DNA from: a virus
Taxonomy: Duplodnaviria > Caudoviricetes
Length of the DNA: 64,000 bases
Strand: one strand, 5' to 3'
IMG/VR virus record: IMGVR_UViG_3300011008_000002
Below the pieces are notes generated by a model. It worked only from the letters and a program-made list of their open reading frames with translations. It was not told the DNA's origin and did not search any database. This document shows positions 41,797 to 52,287 of this stretch, piece by piece (the stretch's first letter is position 1; each line of letters begins with the position of its first letter). The position numbers and the translations under genes are program-made.

Positions 41797-44612
41797 GACT
41801 TATTTATCCTCCTTTTGTCTTTTATTTTCGCGTCTTTATCTCCAATTGAAACCGCCGTTTCGAAAAGTTTTAGATTCATTCGGAGAACGCTAATAATGAT
41901 ATTGTAATAATACAAGTTGAACGCATAATCGCCTTCACTGAATTGGAACTGGACAAATTTTTCAATAAAAGACTTTACGTTCTGGAGATTCTTCACTACC
42001 TTAGCCATCATGCTATTAGCTTCCGGCGTTGGTAATATGACTCCATTTACCGAGTCCAATACATCACTGACTGTTTGATGCATGGACAAAAAACTGTTCA
42101 ACAGGAAATAATTCTTTATTTCTTTGTTGTTATAGCGGTTCTCATTTTCATTATCTTCTTCGCTAGTATCATCAGAAGTTTCATCATCTGAAGATGAATA
42201 ATCATCACTGTTATCATCGCTGACTGCTTCTGAATTTTCTTCATCATCTGCCATTGCATTATAATCGGTGGCTTCTTCTCCATCATCGGAACCTTCATCG
42301 CCCATATCATCATCAGGTTCTTCTGTAGTACCATCATCTTCTGATGTATCTGTTTCTTCAGGTGGTTCATCTTCCCCTTCATCTGTAGTTTCAAGAGTAT
42401 CATCTGACGGAGTTTTAGGTTCATCGAGTTCAGCTCCTTCATCATCAGCCATAGTTGTATAATCAATTGCTCCCTCATCTCCCCCGTCACCACCGGTTAC
42501 GTCATCTTCATCACTATCGGGAGTGTCATCATCTGTGCCCTCTGTATTTTCATCAGACTCTTCATCCTCGTTTGACTCATCATCTTCTGCCCCCTCTTCG
42601 TCAACCATTGCATTATAATCAGTGGCAGTTTCGGGTTCTTCATCCTCTGAGTCTTCATCGTCAGTATCATCATCCTCTTCTTCGTCCTCATCATCGTCAT
42701 CGTCAGCTTCCATAATGGGCTTAATATTTAATGTGCGGACTTCTTTAGCTTCCATAAGAGATAGTGATTCTACTTGGTTCATTGCAATCTCTGCTAAAGC
42801 TGCATATAGAGCTTCCATTATTTTGTCTTTTTCAGACTCATATTTGAATGTATCGTCGAATACTCCTGCGCTAATCTGCGTAATCATCATACGACAAACA
42901 TTAGCGGACTTTCCATATGCATTGTAAATCTCCTCTGGAGATTTATTCTTATCCTTTGTAATATCCACTGTCTGTTGCAGTGTATTGAGATAATCTTGCA
43001 GAGAATAAGTCTCCGTAATCGGTTTATAATATTTCTTAAACCGATTATTTTTTCCGACATTCAAATCCTTTATCTTATACTTCCTTATGAAACGATTGAT
43101 ATTATCTGCAAGCTCCCTCTCTTCTTTTCTCTTAGCATAATTGAAGAATTTAATAGCTGACCTGACATGTTTTTCATCGGGCATTGGATAAGCCTTCCTT
43201 TTTGGAAGACCATAACAATCTTCAGGAAATTCATCCTTTTCCAATACGATGTCACCGAAACTAAAACTTTCCAATACTGGATTGTCTGCATCGAGAACCA
43301 AGTCAGGAATATGAATATCATCTGAGTCAAAGTCTTCACCATGAGAAGATAAATATTCTTCAATATCATCCCCGGGTTTCAAATCACCGGATGAAATTGC
43401 ATTCTGTAAGAAATCTCGAACTCTGACTTCATCTTGATAATCGTGAGACAATAGTACGTTGTATTCGTTTCTCACTGGTGGATTGTATTCACTTATAGAA
43501 CCATCTAATACATCTACGAGATTTTTGATATTGGAGAATGATACATCTGTGATTTTGATAGTTCTGGTTGGTTTAATTCCACTCTCTCTAAAAGTATACT
43601 CCTTTAGAGCAGAATCATTGCCGATACCAACATCTAATCCAGTTGCATCAATTTCATATACATAAATCGTTGTATTTATATCAAGTAAATCTGAATCTAT
43701 AATGAACTGATAACAAGGCTTGCTGATAACAAGATGGTCTCCTGCGAATACAACATTGAGTTCAGTTGTATCAATATCGCTATTTGCAGAGTCTTTTAAC
43801 ATATTCGTCAGTGACCTTGATGCACCAAACAGTTTTGCAGAGTCTTCATTGTCAAAACAGAAGGTAGACCATCCGGGTTTTTCAAATGAATTCCCGAGGT
43901 CTAAACTCATAGGTTTAAACAAATCAATCTCACAAGTTGTTCCATGATATAATTTCCCACACGGAACAATAATCGGAGATGTTTTCCCATCAACGCTCTC
44001 ATTCACAACATCGTGTCTCTCTAATTGTAGTTTAGCCTTTATATCTGTAGAGACAAACTGAGATGATAACAAAGCTTGTATATGCTCTTTCCTTAGATAT
44101 TTAGCAACTTGCTCAATATCATAGAATTTCCCATTTTCAGCCATATCATTATCAAGATCTTTTTCTTCAACCTTAGATTTATCATAGGAGCCACTATATA
44201 CTCCAATATATACGCCTGTAATACTACCAACGTATTCCAGAGGCATATCCCCACCCTTTAACAAAAAACCGGGTTCGTATCTTGAGTAATATTCAACTCC
44301 AGTATGATAGCAAAGATTTACATCAATCAAAGCCTCTTCGTTTGTCTCAGCAATAGCCTGTTCGATGTGTGATGAGTCTGCATCTAATGAACCACCTGGT
44401 ATTCTATACATATAGTCCCTTTTATTAGGTGGAGTTTTATCTATATCGTCTTTTAATCTTAAGAAAACCTTCCTAGCATCTTTAATTACGAGCATTTCTA
44501 CTCTTGGACGATATGGTTCATTTCCAAACCAAACAATGGGGTGATACACCCCTTTATATATGAAAGAATTATCACCTACATTGATAGGTCTACCACCGTC
44601 TGGTATTTTCAT
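41793..44612 (-). CDS. Multidomain head-associated protein: NUDIX + ART-like + DUF6582-like + Asp/Glu tract + helical C terminus
   Basis: NUDIX box PGGSLDADSSHIEQAIAETNEEA; LYHGT...YVYEID...EYT; YGLPKRKAYPMPDEKHVRSAIKFFNY; about 200-aa acidic tract; overlaps the capsid start (ATGA). Confidence 0.6.
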   Translation of the reverse strand: MKIPDGGRPINVGDNSFIYKGVYHPIVWFGNEPYRPRVEMLVIKDARKVFLRLKDDIDKTPPNKRDYMYRIPGGSLDADSSHIEQAIAETNEEALIDVNLCYHTGVEYYSRYEPGFLLKGGDMPLEYVGSITGVYIGVYSGSYDKSKVEEKDLDNDMAENGKFYDIEQVAKYLRKEHIQALLSSQFVSTDIKAKLQLERHDVVNESVDGKTSPIIVPCGKLYHGTTCEIDLFKPMSLDLGNSFEKPGWSTFCFDNEDSAKLFGASRSLTNMLKDSANSDIDTTELNVVFAGDHLVISKPCYQFIIDSDLLDINTTIYVYEIDATGLDVGIGNDSALKEYTFRESGIKPTRTIKITDVSFSNIKNLVDVLDGSISEYNPPVRNEYNVLLSHDYQDEVRVRDFLQNAISSGDLKPGDDIEEYLSSHGEDFDSDDIHIPDLVLDADNPVLESFSFGDIVLEKDEFPEDCYGLPKRKAYPMPDEKHVRSAIKFFNYAKRKEERELADNINRFIRKYKIKDLNVGKNNRFKKYYKPITETYSLQDYLNTLQQTVDITKDKNKSPEEIYNAYGKSANVCRMMITQISAGVFDDTFKYESEKDKIMEALYAALAEIAMNQVESLSLMEAKEVRTLNIKPIMEADDDDDEDEEEDDDTDDEDSEDEEPETATDYNAMVDEEGAEDDESNEDEESDENTEGTDDDTPDSDEDDVTGGDGGDEGAIDYTTMADDEGAELDEPKTPSDDTLETTDEGEDEPPEETDTSEDDGTTEEPDDDMGDEGSDDGEEATDYNAMADDEENSEAVSDDNSDDYSSSDDETSDDTSEEDNENENRYNNKEIKNYFLLNSFLSMHQTVSDVLDSVNGVILPTPEANSMMAKVVKNLQNVKSFIEKFVQFQFSEGDYAFNLYYYNIIISVLRMNLKLFETAVSIGDKDAKIKDKRRINKS

Positions 44613-44832
44613 AATTAAGACCTCCTTTCGTACTTAATTTACATCCTTGTGCAGAATAACGATTTTCTACGAGAATGTAAAATCTAGTTCATTGAAGTTT
44701 TAGTACTATATCAAATTTATAGATACTAGAAACCATATTGGGATGTTTATCATATATTTAGCTATCCAAGGTCAGATAGCTCAAAACCCATATTAGGTTC
44801 CTATCAAAAAATATTCGAAATTACAACAAAGT

Positions 44833-45066
44833 ATAATAGGGGTAACACTTCCGTTGACTTTCTAAGTTTAACAAGAATGGATAATTCTGAACAATTCTTT
44901 GATTTACTTGATGCTAGATATCCACACCTCAAGAGAGTCATGGTGCTAATGCTACTAATTATAGGGCGCAAGAAAACAAATATAAGTTGATTAAAGAGTG
45001 CGATTTCTATTACAGCGAGAAAAGAATATGAAGAGTGCGGTCACTTTGACCCACTCTTCATTTTTT
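44833..45066 (+). ncRNA. Candidate structured late small RNA
   Basis: Late motif at 44822-44834; closing stem TAATAGGGG/TTTCTATTA; inner stems TGACTTTC/GAGAGTCA and TGGATA/TATCCA; terminator at 45028-45066. Confidence 0.3.
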
Positions 45067-45253
45067 GTCTAGTTGTGAACCAATATCCAAATCTAATAAC
45101 GATCTCCAGAGTCGTCATTCTCGAATTGAATAAAGATTCACACCAGACTGATTTCAGAATACCCAATCTACAAGTCGTCTGGAGTACGATGTATCATGTA
45201 AATATCCCGAGGAAGATTTTTATCTTCCTACAAATATGTTGAACTAAATAAAA

Positions 45254-46456
45254 TTAATCATCTGGATATTCCATGCTATCAATATCTGATATATCCACCG
45301 CACCCATTCTAACAACTCTGTATTTCCTATTGAATTTATCATATACATAATCAGACCCTGGTCTGATATGTAATGATGCTAATATTGAAGGGTCTACATC
45401 AGACGGCAACTCAACTCCATCAACGGGTTCGCCATCTTCATCCAATGCTGCAAATTGATATTGACCATCACCATATTCATATACGCATATGTCAACAGGG
45501 TGTTTCTCATGAGCAATATTACCATACAAATCACCATTAACGAATTCACCGTTATCCATACGTATTCCGTTAATAGGTTGAGTAGGATTAAATCCCATAT
45601 TGACAGCAAGACCATCAATTTCTGATGGGTCACCCCCTATTTGTCCTTCTAGTAATGCAGATGGTTGGTCGTTTAATAGATTTCCACCGTCATCAAGGGT
45701 ATCATATTCAAAATTCGTATCTTGTTCATACCTCTGAAGACTTGCATTTACAAAATTTCTAGTTCCACCGTTAATAATACTCTTGTAGAAGTTATCTGCA
45801 ATCGTATCAGTATCTGCTCCACCACCAACAGTATCCTTGGTTTCTTTCATACGCCAATCAATCTGTTTAGAACGTAACGAAGCCATCTCCTTAATGATAT
45901 TCAGTTTCGTTGTATTAATTCCGTTATATGCTACAACTAAATCTGAGTAATTCTTTGTAATGCCAACGGAACGATTGCCAGAACCTTTTCCAGATTGAGA
46001 CATCCTATTGAGTTGGTTTCGTATAACAGAGCCATGAGACTTTACCTCTTTAAGGACTTCTGATAACATTGCCAATTCTTTTTTGAATACTCTACTGTAT
46101 TTATCATCATCCAGATTATCATCTAACTGAAATCCAGTCATTCGTTCATCAGTTACCGATTCGATTGGAGAATATTCAAAATCTTCATCATTCAAACTTG
46201 CCACAAATTCTCCCCATTGGTCTGGGTCTGATTGGACAGGATTAATTTCATTTGCCATACGTTCAATCTGACCCATTGGTGGTTTCTCCTCTTGTTTTTT
46301 TTCGGGGACTTTCACATCCTTTATAGAAAACGTTGAGTTTTTCGTTTTATGTGCTGGAGCTGTCATTTGTTCCAATTCTTTCAAAAAAGATTTGCGTTTC
46401 TTTTCTTTTTGATAAGATGCAAATTCTTCGTCGGATAAGACTTTAATTTCATACAT
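45254..46456 (-). CDS. Hypothetical protein
   Basis: 400 aa, GGAGG RBS, late motif at 46484-46496. Confidence 0.75.
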   Translation of the reverse strand: MYEIKVLSDEEFASYQKEKKRKSFLKELEQMTAPAHKTKNSTFSIKDVKVPEKKQEEKPPMGQIERMANEINPVQSDPDQWGEFVASLNDEDFEYSPIESVTDERMTGFQLDDNLDDDKYSRVFKKELAMLSEVLKEVKSHGSVIRNQLNRMSQSGKGSGNRSVGITKNYSDLVVAYNGINTTKLNIIKEMASLRSKQIDWRMKETKDTVGGGADTDTIADNFYKSIINGGTRNFVNASLQRYEQDTNFEYDTLDDGGNLLNDQPSALLEGQIGGDPSEIDGLAVNMGFNPTQPINGIRMDNGEFVNGDLYGNIAHEKHPVDICVYEYGDGQYQFAALDEDGEPVDGVELPSDVDPSILASLHIRPGSDYVYDKFNRKYRVVRMGAVDISDIDSMEYPDD

Positions 46457-46561
46457 TCGTCCATCCTCCTTTCCAAAACGTTATTATGGACTTGTTAAAA
46501 ATAGCAAAAATAATGAGATTGGAATTCATGACTATATTAACCTAGTAACTAAATCAAGGAG

Positions 46562-47032
46562 GTGAAATATATGTTAGAAGTTATACTATACACTGATGGG
46601 GCTGCTAGAGGAAATCCAAATGGTCCGGGTGGATATGGAATTGTTCTAAAGGTTCGAAACGATGATGGTGAAGAACATGAGTATGAATATTCGGCTGGCT
46701 TCAAAAGAACTACTAATAATCGTATGGAATTATTAGCGGTTATCGTTGGATTAGAAGCTTTAAAGGAAGCAGCAAATGTACTTGTAGTATCTGACTCAAA
46801 ATATGTGACTGATGCATTTAACAAAGACTGGATTAGTAATTGGAAAGCAAGTGGGTGGAAAACTGCTTCTCATAAACCAGTGAAAAATCCTGATCTTTGG
46901 ATGAGATTACTTAAAGCCATGAAGAACCATAACGTCACATTCAAATGGGTAAAAGGTCACGATGGGCATGAAGAAAACGAACGTTGTGATAAGTTAGCAA
47001 CAGAAGCAGCAGATAAAGTAGATAAAAAATGA
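46562..47032 (+). CDS. rnhA: Ribonuclease HI
   Basis: YTDGAARGNP, TTNNRMEL, SDSKY, VKNPDLW, WVKGH, NERCDKLA. Confidence 0.96.
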   Translation: MKYMLEVILYTDGAARGNPNGPGGYGIVLKVRNDDGEEHEYEYSAGFKRTTNNRMELLAVIVGLEALKEAANVLVVSDSKYVTDAFNKDWISNWKASGWKTASHKPVKNPDLWMRLLKAMKNHNVTFKWVKGHDGHEENERCDKLATEAADKVDKK

Positions 47033-47044
47033 GAGGTTATAGAT

Positions 47045-47797
47045 ATGAAACTGAACAATGACAGATTAGATGCATTAATAATCCAGGGTCTTGTTAGAAT
47101 AGATAGGAAAAACCGGGCAACGAAAATAATTGAGATGAGGTCTGATTGGAAAAAATTAAGTCAAATTGAAAAGGACGTATTTGACAATATTTCTGTCGGC
47201 ACGAATTGGGAATTGATGCGGCTTCACTATGATAAGGCAAATAAGTCTGAGTATTTTCCGAGATTTACTGATATGGTATCTTATGTCAATAGTGGAGAGT
47301 TTACATCACCATCGTTGGAATATGCACTTATTCAAGTATGGAACAATAAATTCTCCTATGAAGATAAGGTTAATGTATATAGGAAACTTGATAAACTGGA
47401 TGAGTTTTCTGAGTCTATTCCTATGATTGAGTACGAATATAGAATCTGGACTGTACAATTACCATATGCAGACGGTAAAATTCGTTTATATTGGACAATA
47501 TCAAAGGATGACTTATATAACCTTTATATGAAAGGAATGAATCCAGTAGGGCTTGATAAAGTTCCTCTCGAAGACCTAAAATACATTAATAATTCCGACA
47601 AAGTTGAACCTCGGTTAAATGATGAGATATCCCCGAGACATACATTCTGGCTGTATGATATTCCTGACGATGGAACATGGGGATTTGATTTCATGTTCGA
47701 AACAAGTATGTGTTATCAGAAAGCTTTCCACGTGGCGGCAGAAGATGGTTGCTGGATGTATGAAGCCGATGCAGAGTATGATGAGTTTAAAATATAG
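47045..47797 (+). CDS. Hypothetical protein
   Basis: ORF with RBS. Confidence 0.7.
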   Translation: MKLNNDRLDALIIQGLVRIDRKNRATKIIEMRSDWKKLSQIEKDVFDNISVGTNWELMRLHYDKANKSEYFPRFTDMVSYVNSGEFTSPSLEYALIQVWNNKFSYEDKVNVYRKLDKLDEFSESIPMIEYEYRIWTVQLPYADGKIRLYWTISKDDLYNLYMKGMNPVGLDKVPLEDLKYINNSDKVEPRLNDEISPRHTFWLYDIPDDGTWGFDFMFETSMCYQKAFHVAAEDGCWMYEADAEYDEFKI

Positions 47798-47907
47798 TAG
47801 AGCCTATTACATTAGGGGATGCCTCCATCCCCTAATATTTTTTTGTACTAAAACGTCACTTTCCACAAGTTAATAAATGAAATAACGAGGAAAGTGAGGA
47901 TATTTAT

Positions 47908-48747
47908 ATGGATATAAATTTGCTATTAAAAGCAGGGATGAAAGCTTGCGGAAGAGTTCTAAAACTTTTACCCACAGATGGACCTGATGGAATAGGTTCA
48001 CCTACAAAATACATGATGAGAACTATAGAAGAAGACACTTTGCCTTCTTTGGATATACTGGTTCCTTTTCTTATTAAGAAAACATTTAGTGTTGATGCAC
48101 TAATTCCTGTTGACGTTAATGAAAGTGATGTATTCAGTATCATTAATGACAATAGGCTTGCTATGAAATATATGAATGACGATAGGTATTCTACTTATCG
48201 TATTCCGTCTGAGATTACAGACGGACAAAAAATAGTTACAATAAAATCATGCGTACCTGTAAACGCAAACGGAACAGCTATGGGTTCTACCTTAGATAAT
48301 TTCTATAATGAACGTCCTTGGAATAGTAACTTCGGACGTACATCTAGCGGAGATTTATATGGAATGGTAATGGCTTCTGCTGTAGATTATGCAGATAGAC
48401 AGTTGATGGGTAGTATTCATAGAAACTTCCGGTTCTATTTCTTTGAACCAAATATACTCGTTATAACAAATTACTCTGGTACTCTTAATGCCACATTTGC
48501 TGTTAGGAATGACCCATCATTAATCACAATTGGAGATATGGCATTTGAAGGAGTAAGAAAGTTATTCATTCTTGACCTAAAGAAGAATATCTATAACGAA
48601 TATGGGAATTTTACAGAGATTGATACTGCATTCGGTACTTTGGACTTGAAGATTGGAGATTGGTCTAATGCGGAGTCAGAAAGAAATGAACTCTTTGATA
48701 CGTACAGAGCTACGTCTCATTTCCGTACATCTTCAATGAGATCATAA
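47908..48747 (+). CDS. Putative virion structural (neck/head-completion-like) protein
   Basis: Late motif at 47864-47876; lies next to the prohead protease. Confidence 0.35.
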   Translation: MDINLLLKAGMKACGRVLKLLPTDGPDGIGSPTKYMMRTIEEDTLPSLDILVPFLIKKTFSVDALIPVDVNESDVFSIINDNRLAMKYMNDDRYSTYRIPSEITDGQKIVTIKSCVPVNANGTAMGSTLDNFYNERPWNSNFGRTSSGDLYGMVMASAVDYADRQLMGSIHRNFRFYFFEPNILVITNYSGTLNATFAVRNDPSLITIGDMAFEGVRKLFILDLKKNIYNEYGNFTEIDTAFGTLDLKIGDWSNAESERNELFDTYRATSHFRTSSMRS

Positions 48748-48988
48748 ACCATAGAGGAGAGACATCGGGATTTGTCTCTCCTCTATGGCTTTCCACAGAA
48801 AGGTTAGAAAAAATATTGGTATTTACTTAACTATGTCGCCGGTGAAAGACGTTTCGTTAAGATTATGAAGCTATGCTTCATTAAAAAAATGTTAATAAAA
48901 ATACATTTTAATTGTAAATCAGTTTCGTGTAAAATATATGTATATATTAATCTTGTATATTACATAATACAAAGGAGGTTCTTTAGAG

Positions 48989-49177
48989 ATGAACGAAAAT
49001 AAGATGGTAGCAATCAGATGCATGTGTGGTTCTTTCCGCTACAAGGATATTAAGGAACTGTTTAGGTTGACATCTAAGGGTGTCGGGCAGGTCTTTTGCC
49101 CGTGCTGTAAGACTGCGGTGAACTATCGCATAGCTACCAATAATCCATATGCAAGATTAGCATCAGCAGTCGGCTGA
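48989..49177 (+). CDS. Small zinc-ribbon early protein
   Basis: CMCG...CPCC; TATATTAA at 48943; GGAGG RBS. Confidence 0.65.
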   Translation: MNENKMVAIRCMCGSFRYKDIKELFRLTSKGVGQVFCPCCKTAVNYRIATNNPYARLASAVG

Positions 49178-49234
49178 CAATAAACCCAAGGGTGACAAAC
49201 GCCCTTGGGTTTATTTTTTGTATGTTCCCGTGAG

Positions 49235-50137
49235 TTATACTCTCTTCCAAAGATCTGCATAACGTCTTGCGGTTTCCATTTCAGCCTGGAAGATAAATGT
49301 ATCAGAACCATTTTTGATTGAAAATGAATGGTTCCCATAAGTCTGTAATGTAGACATATCAAGATCAAACGACTCACATACGACCTTGAGATTGTCGGAA
49401 TCCCTCTCCAACATTTCTTTGATGTCTGAACCAAGAATAGCTCTGGAAGCATCCGGTAAAGGTTCATAACCAACCTTGATACTAATGATATTACTCTCGA
49501 AAGTCTTTTCTTCCCCAGTATAAAGCTTAGCGACCTTTGTTTTCTTAGGGTCAGCATAAGCTTCTTTATGAGAAGGAAGATGCACTTCATCATATGTAAT
49601 AAATCTCGGTGGTACCATAACATAGCTAACGTTACCCTTCTTATCAATAACAGCAAATCCTCTGTATGAATAAGACGGGTTGACACCTTGGATAATAGCC
49701 CTAGTTAGCTTTGTACCATACATACCATCATCAAGTGTCTCAATAGAACCTCTAATAAGGTTTCCATCTCTCCACATCTTCTTGATAATGTCGCAAGTAT
49801 ATTTCGGGTCGATTGTAGCAATCCTTGCAGGGGAACCATCAACCGGATGCCCAGCCTCGCTCTGAAGCTTATTATTGAGTATTAATTCTTTCACTTCATC
49901 AGTATTCAGAGATTTTTCAATCGCATCTCCTTTATAGTAACGCCTGTTTCTGTTTACGCAATCAAGAGATTGCAATATCGTATCGAACCTGACAAAGAAA
50001 AGCCCATTTTCCTTTATAACTTTCATGTTGGATACTTCATGAAAAGTATTATCATTTTCCATAAGGATAAATCCAAAAGGAACCTTAGGGGATATGGTTT
50101 TAGTAGCCATTATTGTTCTCCTTTCTGATATATTCAT
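49235..50137 (-). CDS. Prohead maturation protease (T4 gp21/PhiKZ gp175-like); start probably 50110
   Basis: NRNRRYY, SEAGHP, PSYSYRG, ITYDEVHLPSH. Confidence 0.85.
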   Translation of the reverse strand: MNISERRTIMATKTISPKVPFGFILMENDNTFHEVSNMKVIKENGLFFVRFDTILQSLDCVNRNRRYYKGDAIEKSLNTDEVKELILNNKLQSEAGHPVDGSPARIATIDPKYTCDIIKKMWRDGNLIRGSIETLDDGMYGTKLTRAIIQGVNPSYSYRGFAVIDKKGNVSYVMVPPRFITYDEVHLPSHKEAYADPKKTKVAKLYTGEEKTFESNIISIKVGYEPLPDASRAILGSDIKEMLERDSDNLKVVCESFDLDMSTLQTYGNHSFSIKNGSDTFIFQAEMETARRYADLWKRV

Positions 50138-50382
50138 TTATTGTCGTGTGCAGTGTGTAATCCCAATGATTACATTTTTATGCTGTATTTTACACTAAGA
50201 TAATTTTATAGGAAAGGGTGTTCAGGAGAACTTATCTATATAAAAGACAATAGAGGAAATAACGTTGAGTCCAATTTCTCAGTAAACGAAAATGTATGTG
50301 GGTGTTTGATGAAAATGGAAAATTGATATCAATAGAAACTGAATGATGACGCTAACAAGAGAGTAATTGGAGGTAAAGTATT

Positions 50383-50589
50383 ATGGCTTTAATAAAGACA
50401 CAATATGAGCTTTTCCAGGAATTCCTCTCTTCTCAAAGCGTCAGATATACAATCGAAGAATCATCCTCAAACGAATGGTATGGTACTAAGACAATTAGGA
50501 TATTGAACGATCATATACTCAGTTCAGGAATTTGTCACTTAGATTTTGATGCTGATACAGGCGATTTTATTGGAATTGAGGCAGAATGA
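50383..50589 (+). CDS. Small hypothetical protein
   Basis: Late motif at 50354; GGAGG RBS. Confidence 0.65.
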   Translation: MALIKTQYELFQEFLSSQSVRYTIEESSSNEWYGTKTIRILNDHILSSGICHLDFDADTGDFIGIEAE

Positions 50590-50654
50590 TTACAAAAAAG
50601 ACGATAGTGGATGATAAATTCACTATCGTCTTTTCTTATGCGATAATTTCATTT

Positions 50655-51686
50655 TTAGCCACGTCTTCTAAATTCAGATTCGACCAGAGTCATATCAGAC
50701 CTGTTATACAATGCAGTTGTTGATATGTCCGTATGACCGGCAATCACCTGAACTTCTTCTAACTTCATACCACGTTTTAATAAAGTTGTAATTCTTGTAA
50801 CCCTATATCTATGAGGGTGGGCGTGGTTTACTCTGGCTCTTTTTGATATTAATAATAACTTCTTTCGTATTGCATCTGGTTTCAATTTCGCATATGGAAA
50901 ATGAGTTGATACGAATAAGAAATCAGATTCAATTCCTTTTGATTCTCTATCTTTCATATACTCGTTGATATAAAACATAGCTTTATCTGTAAGGGGTACG
51001 ACCCTATCTTTATTTCCTTTACCGTGAAGTAATACTGTTTTCTTAACAGCGTTGATATCGGATACCTTTACTTGGCATAACTCCGATACACGACAAGCGG
51101 TAGAATAAAGGAATTCAAATATAGCTTTATCTTTAATATCCGTTGCATATACCATAATAGCTTCCATCTCCCATTCTGTAAATGGTTCTTCTTGATAACT
51201 ATCGTGTTTAATCTTAGAAAGTCTTTTAGCTGGACTTTTATCAATCATATCTTCATCAGATAACCAGTTAAAGAATGAGGAAAATATTCTCCTAATACCG
51301 TCCATAGATGTACTAGAATCATTCCCTTGTTGTTGATATACAGCCATGAAGTATCTGAGACTTGATGTCGACATATCACGAAATGTTAGGTTAGGATAGA
51401 AATCCATAAGCTTTCTGATGAAATATGCGTACCTTTCCAATGTCTTTTCTGAACGTCCTTCAATTCTCTTAGTAGCAAGGAATTGCTTAAGCATCTTTTC
51501 ATTATAATTATCATAAGGTACTAACTCAGTTTGTTTTTCTCTAATATCGTACTTGTAACAGGATGATATTATAAGGTTCTTAACATCCGTTATTTTATCT
51601 TGGTCTATGAAATTAGATAGCCCATCGACTAATTCTCTGATTAATGCTCCTTCAGAGTCCATATGAGTCTTCCTCCTTTCATACAA
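50655..51686 (-). CDS. Tyrosine recombinase (XerD-like, with SAM-like N domain)
   Basis: Catalytic set STACRVSEL, GKGNKDR, HPHRYR, GHTDISTTALY. Confidence 0.92.
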   Translation of the reverse strand: MYERRKTHMDSEGALIRELVDGLSNFIDQDKITDVKNLIISSCYKYDIREKQTELVPYDNYNEKMLKQFLATKRIEGRSEKTLERYAYFIRKLMDFYPNLTFRDMSTSSLRYFMAVYQQQGNDSSTSMDGIRRIFSSFFNWLSDEDMIDKSPAKRLSKIKHDSYQEEPFTEWEMEAIMVYATDIKDKAIFEFLYSTACRVSELCQVKVSDINAVKKTVLLHGKGNKDRVVPLTDKAMFYINEYMKDRESKGIESDFLFVSTHFPYAKLKPDAIRKKLLLISKRARVNHAHPHRYRVTRITTLLKRGMKLEEVQVIAGHTDISTTALYNRSDMTLVESEFRRRG

Positions 51687-51791
51687 AATAATAAATATAT
51701 ACTTTAAGACAAATTTTAATTTGTAAATTAAAAAAATGAATGTGAAGATAGAGGAACAAGGGTGGGAATGTTCCCACCCTTGTTTTGATAC

Positions 51792-52208
51792 TTAATTATT
51801 CAGAAACGCGCCAATCCTCTGGCAGTAGAAATAATCCCCAATGGGATAAGGATACTTCAGCACAAACTTCACGACGATGTCGAGATCTTTAGTAATTCCA
51901 TTAATCATATCTTCAATATCAGCAATCGCCGACAACTTAACGATAAAGTGGTCATCTCTCTGTTCAGTAAACCGCTTAATCATCTTCCTAGCGATGAACC
52001 CTACATTTAATTCGAGCATCGAAAAATACATATCGGTTTCCAACAAAGCACTGATGTCGGAAGTGAGTTTGTTGTACTGAGCTTCAGACAGCACTACCTT
52101 AGCGTCGGCAGTGAGTATGTCTTCAGCAGTGAAATTGGTTCCGTCGAATTCAAGAGATAACATTTTGACCTCCTTGTATATGTGAAATTGTTTATGGTTA
52201 TCAATCAC
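51792..52208 (-). CDS. Early hypothetical protein (start likely MLSLEF at 52163)
   Basis: Early motif at 52215-52222; GGAGG RBS. Confidence 0.65.
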   Translation of the reverse strand: MIDNHKQFHIYKEVKMLSLEFDGTNFTAEDILTADAKVVLSEAQYNKLTSDISALLETDMYFSMLELNVGFIARKMIKRFTEQRDDHFIVKLSAIADIEDMINGITKDLDIVVKFVLKYPYPIGDYFYCQRIGAFLNN

Positions 52209-52287
52209 TTGTTATTAATATATCACCAAAATTCGAAACTTATTTCGTCTCCGAACTTGCTGAAATCAATCTCCATATGAAACCTCC

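Noticed and set aside
42100-42720. TCATC/TCTTC-rich DNA and small overlapping ORFs
   Set aside because: Explained by the Asp/Glu tract of the 939-aa protein
50655-51686. Recombinase as a prophage integrase implying lysogeny
   Set aside because: No att site, tRNA, repressor or host boundary in the window; its position by the fibre cassettes favours an invertase role
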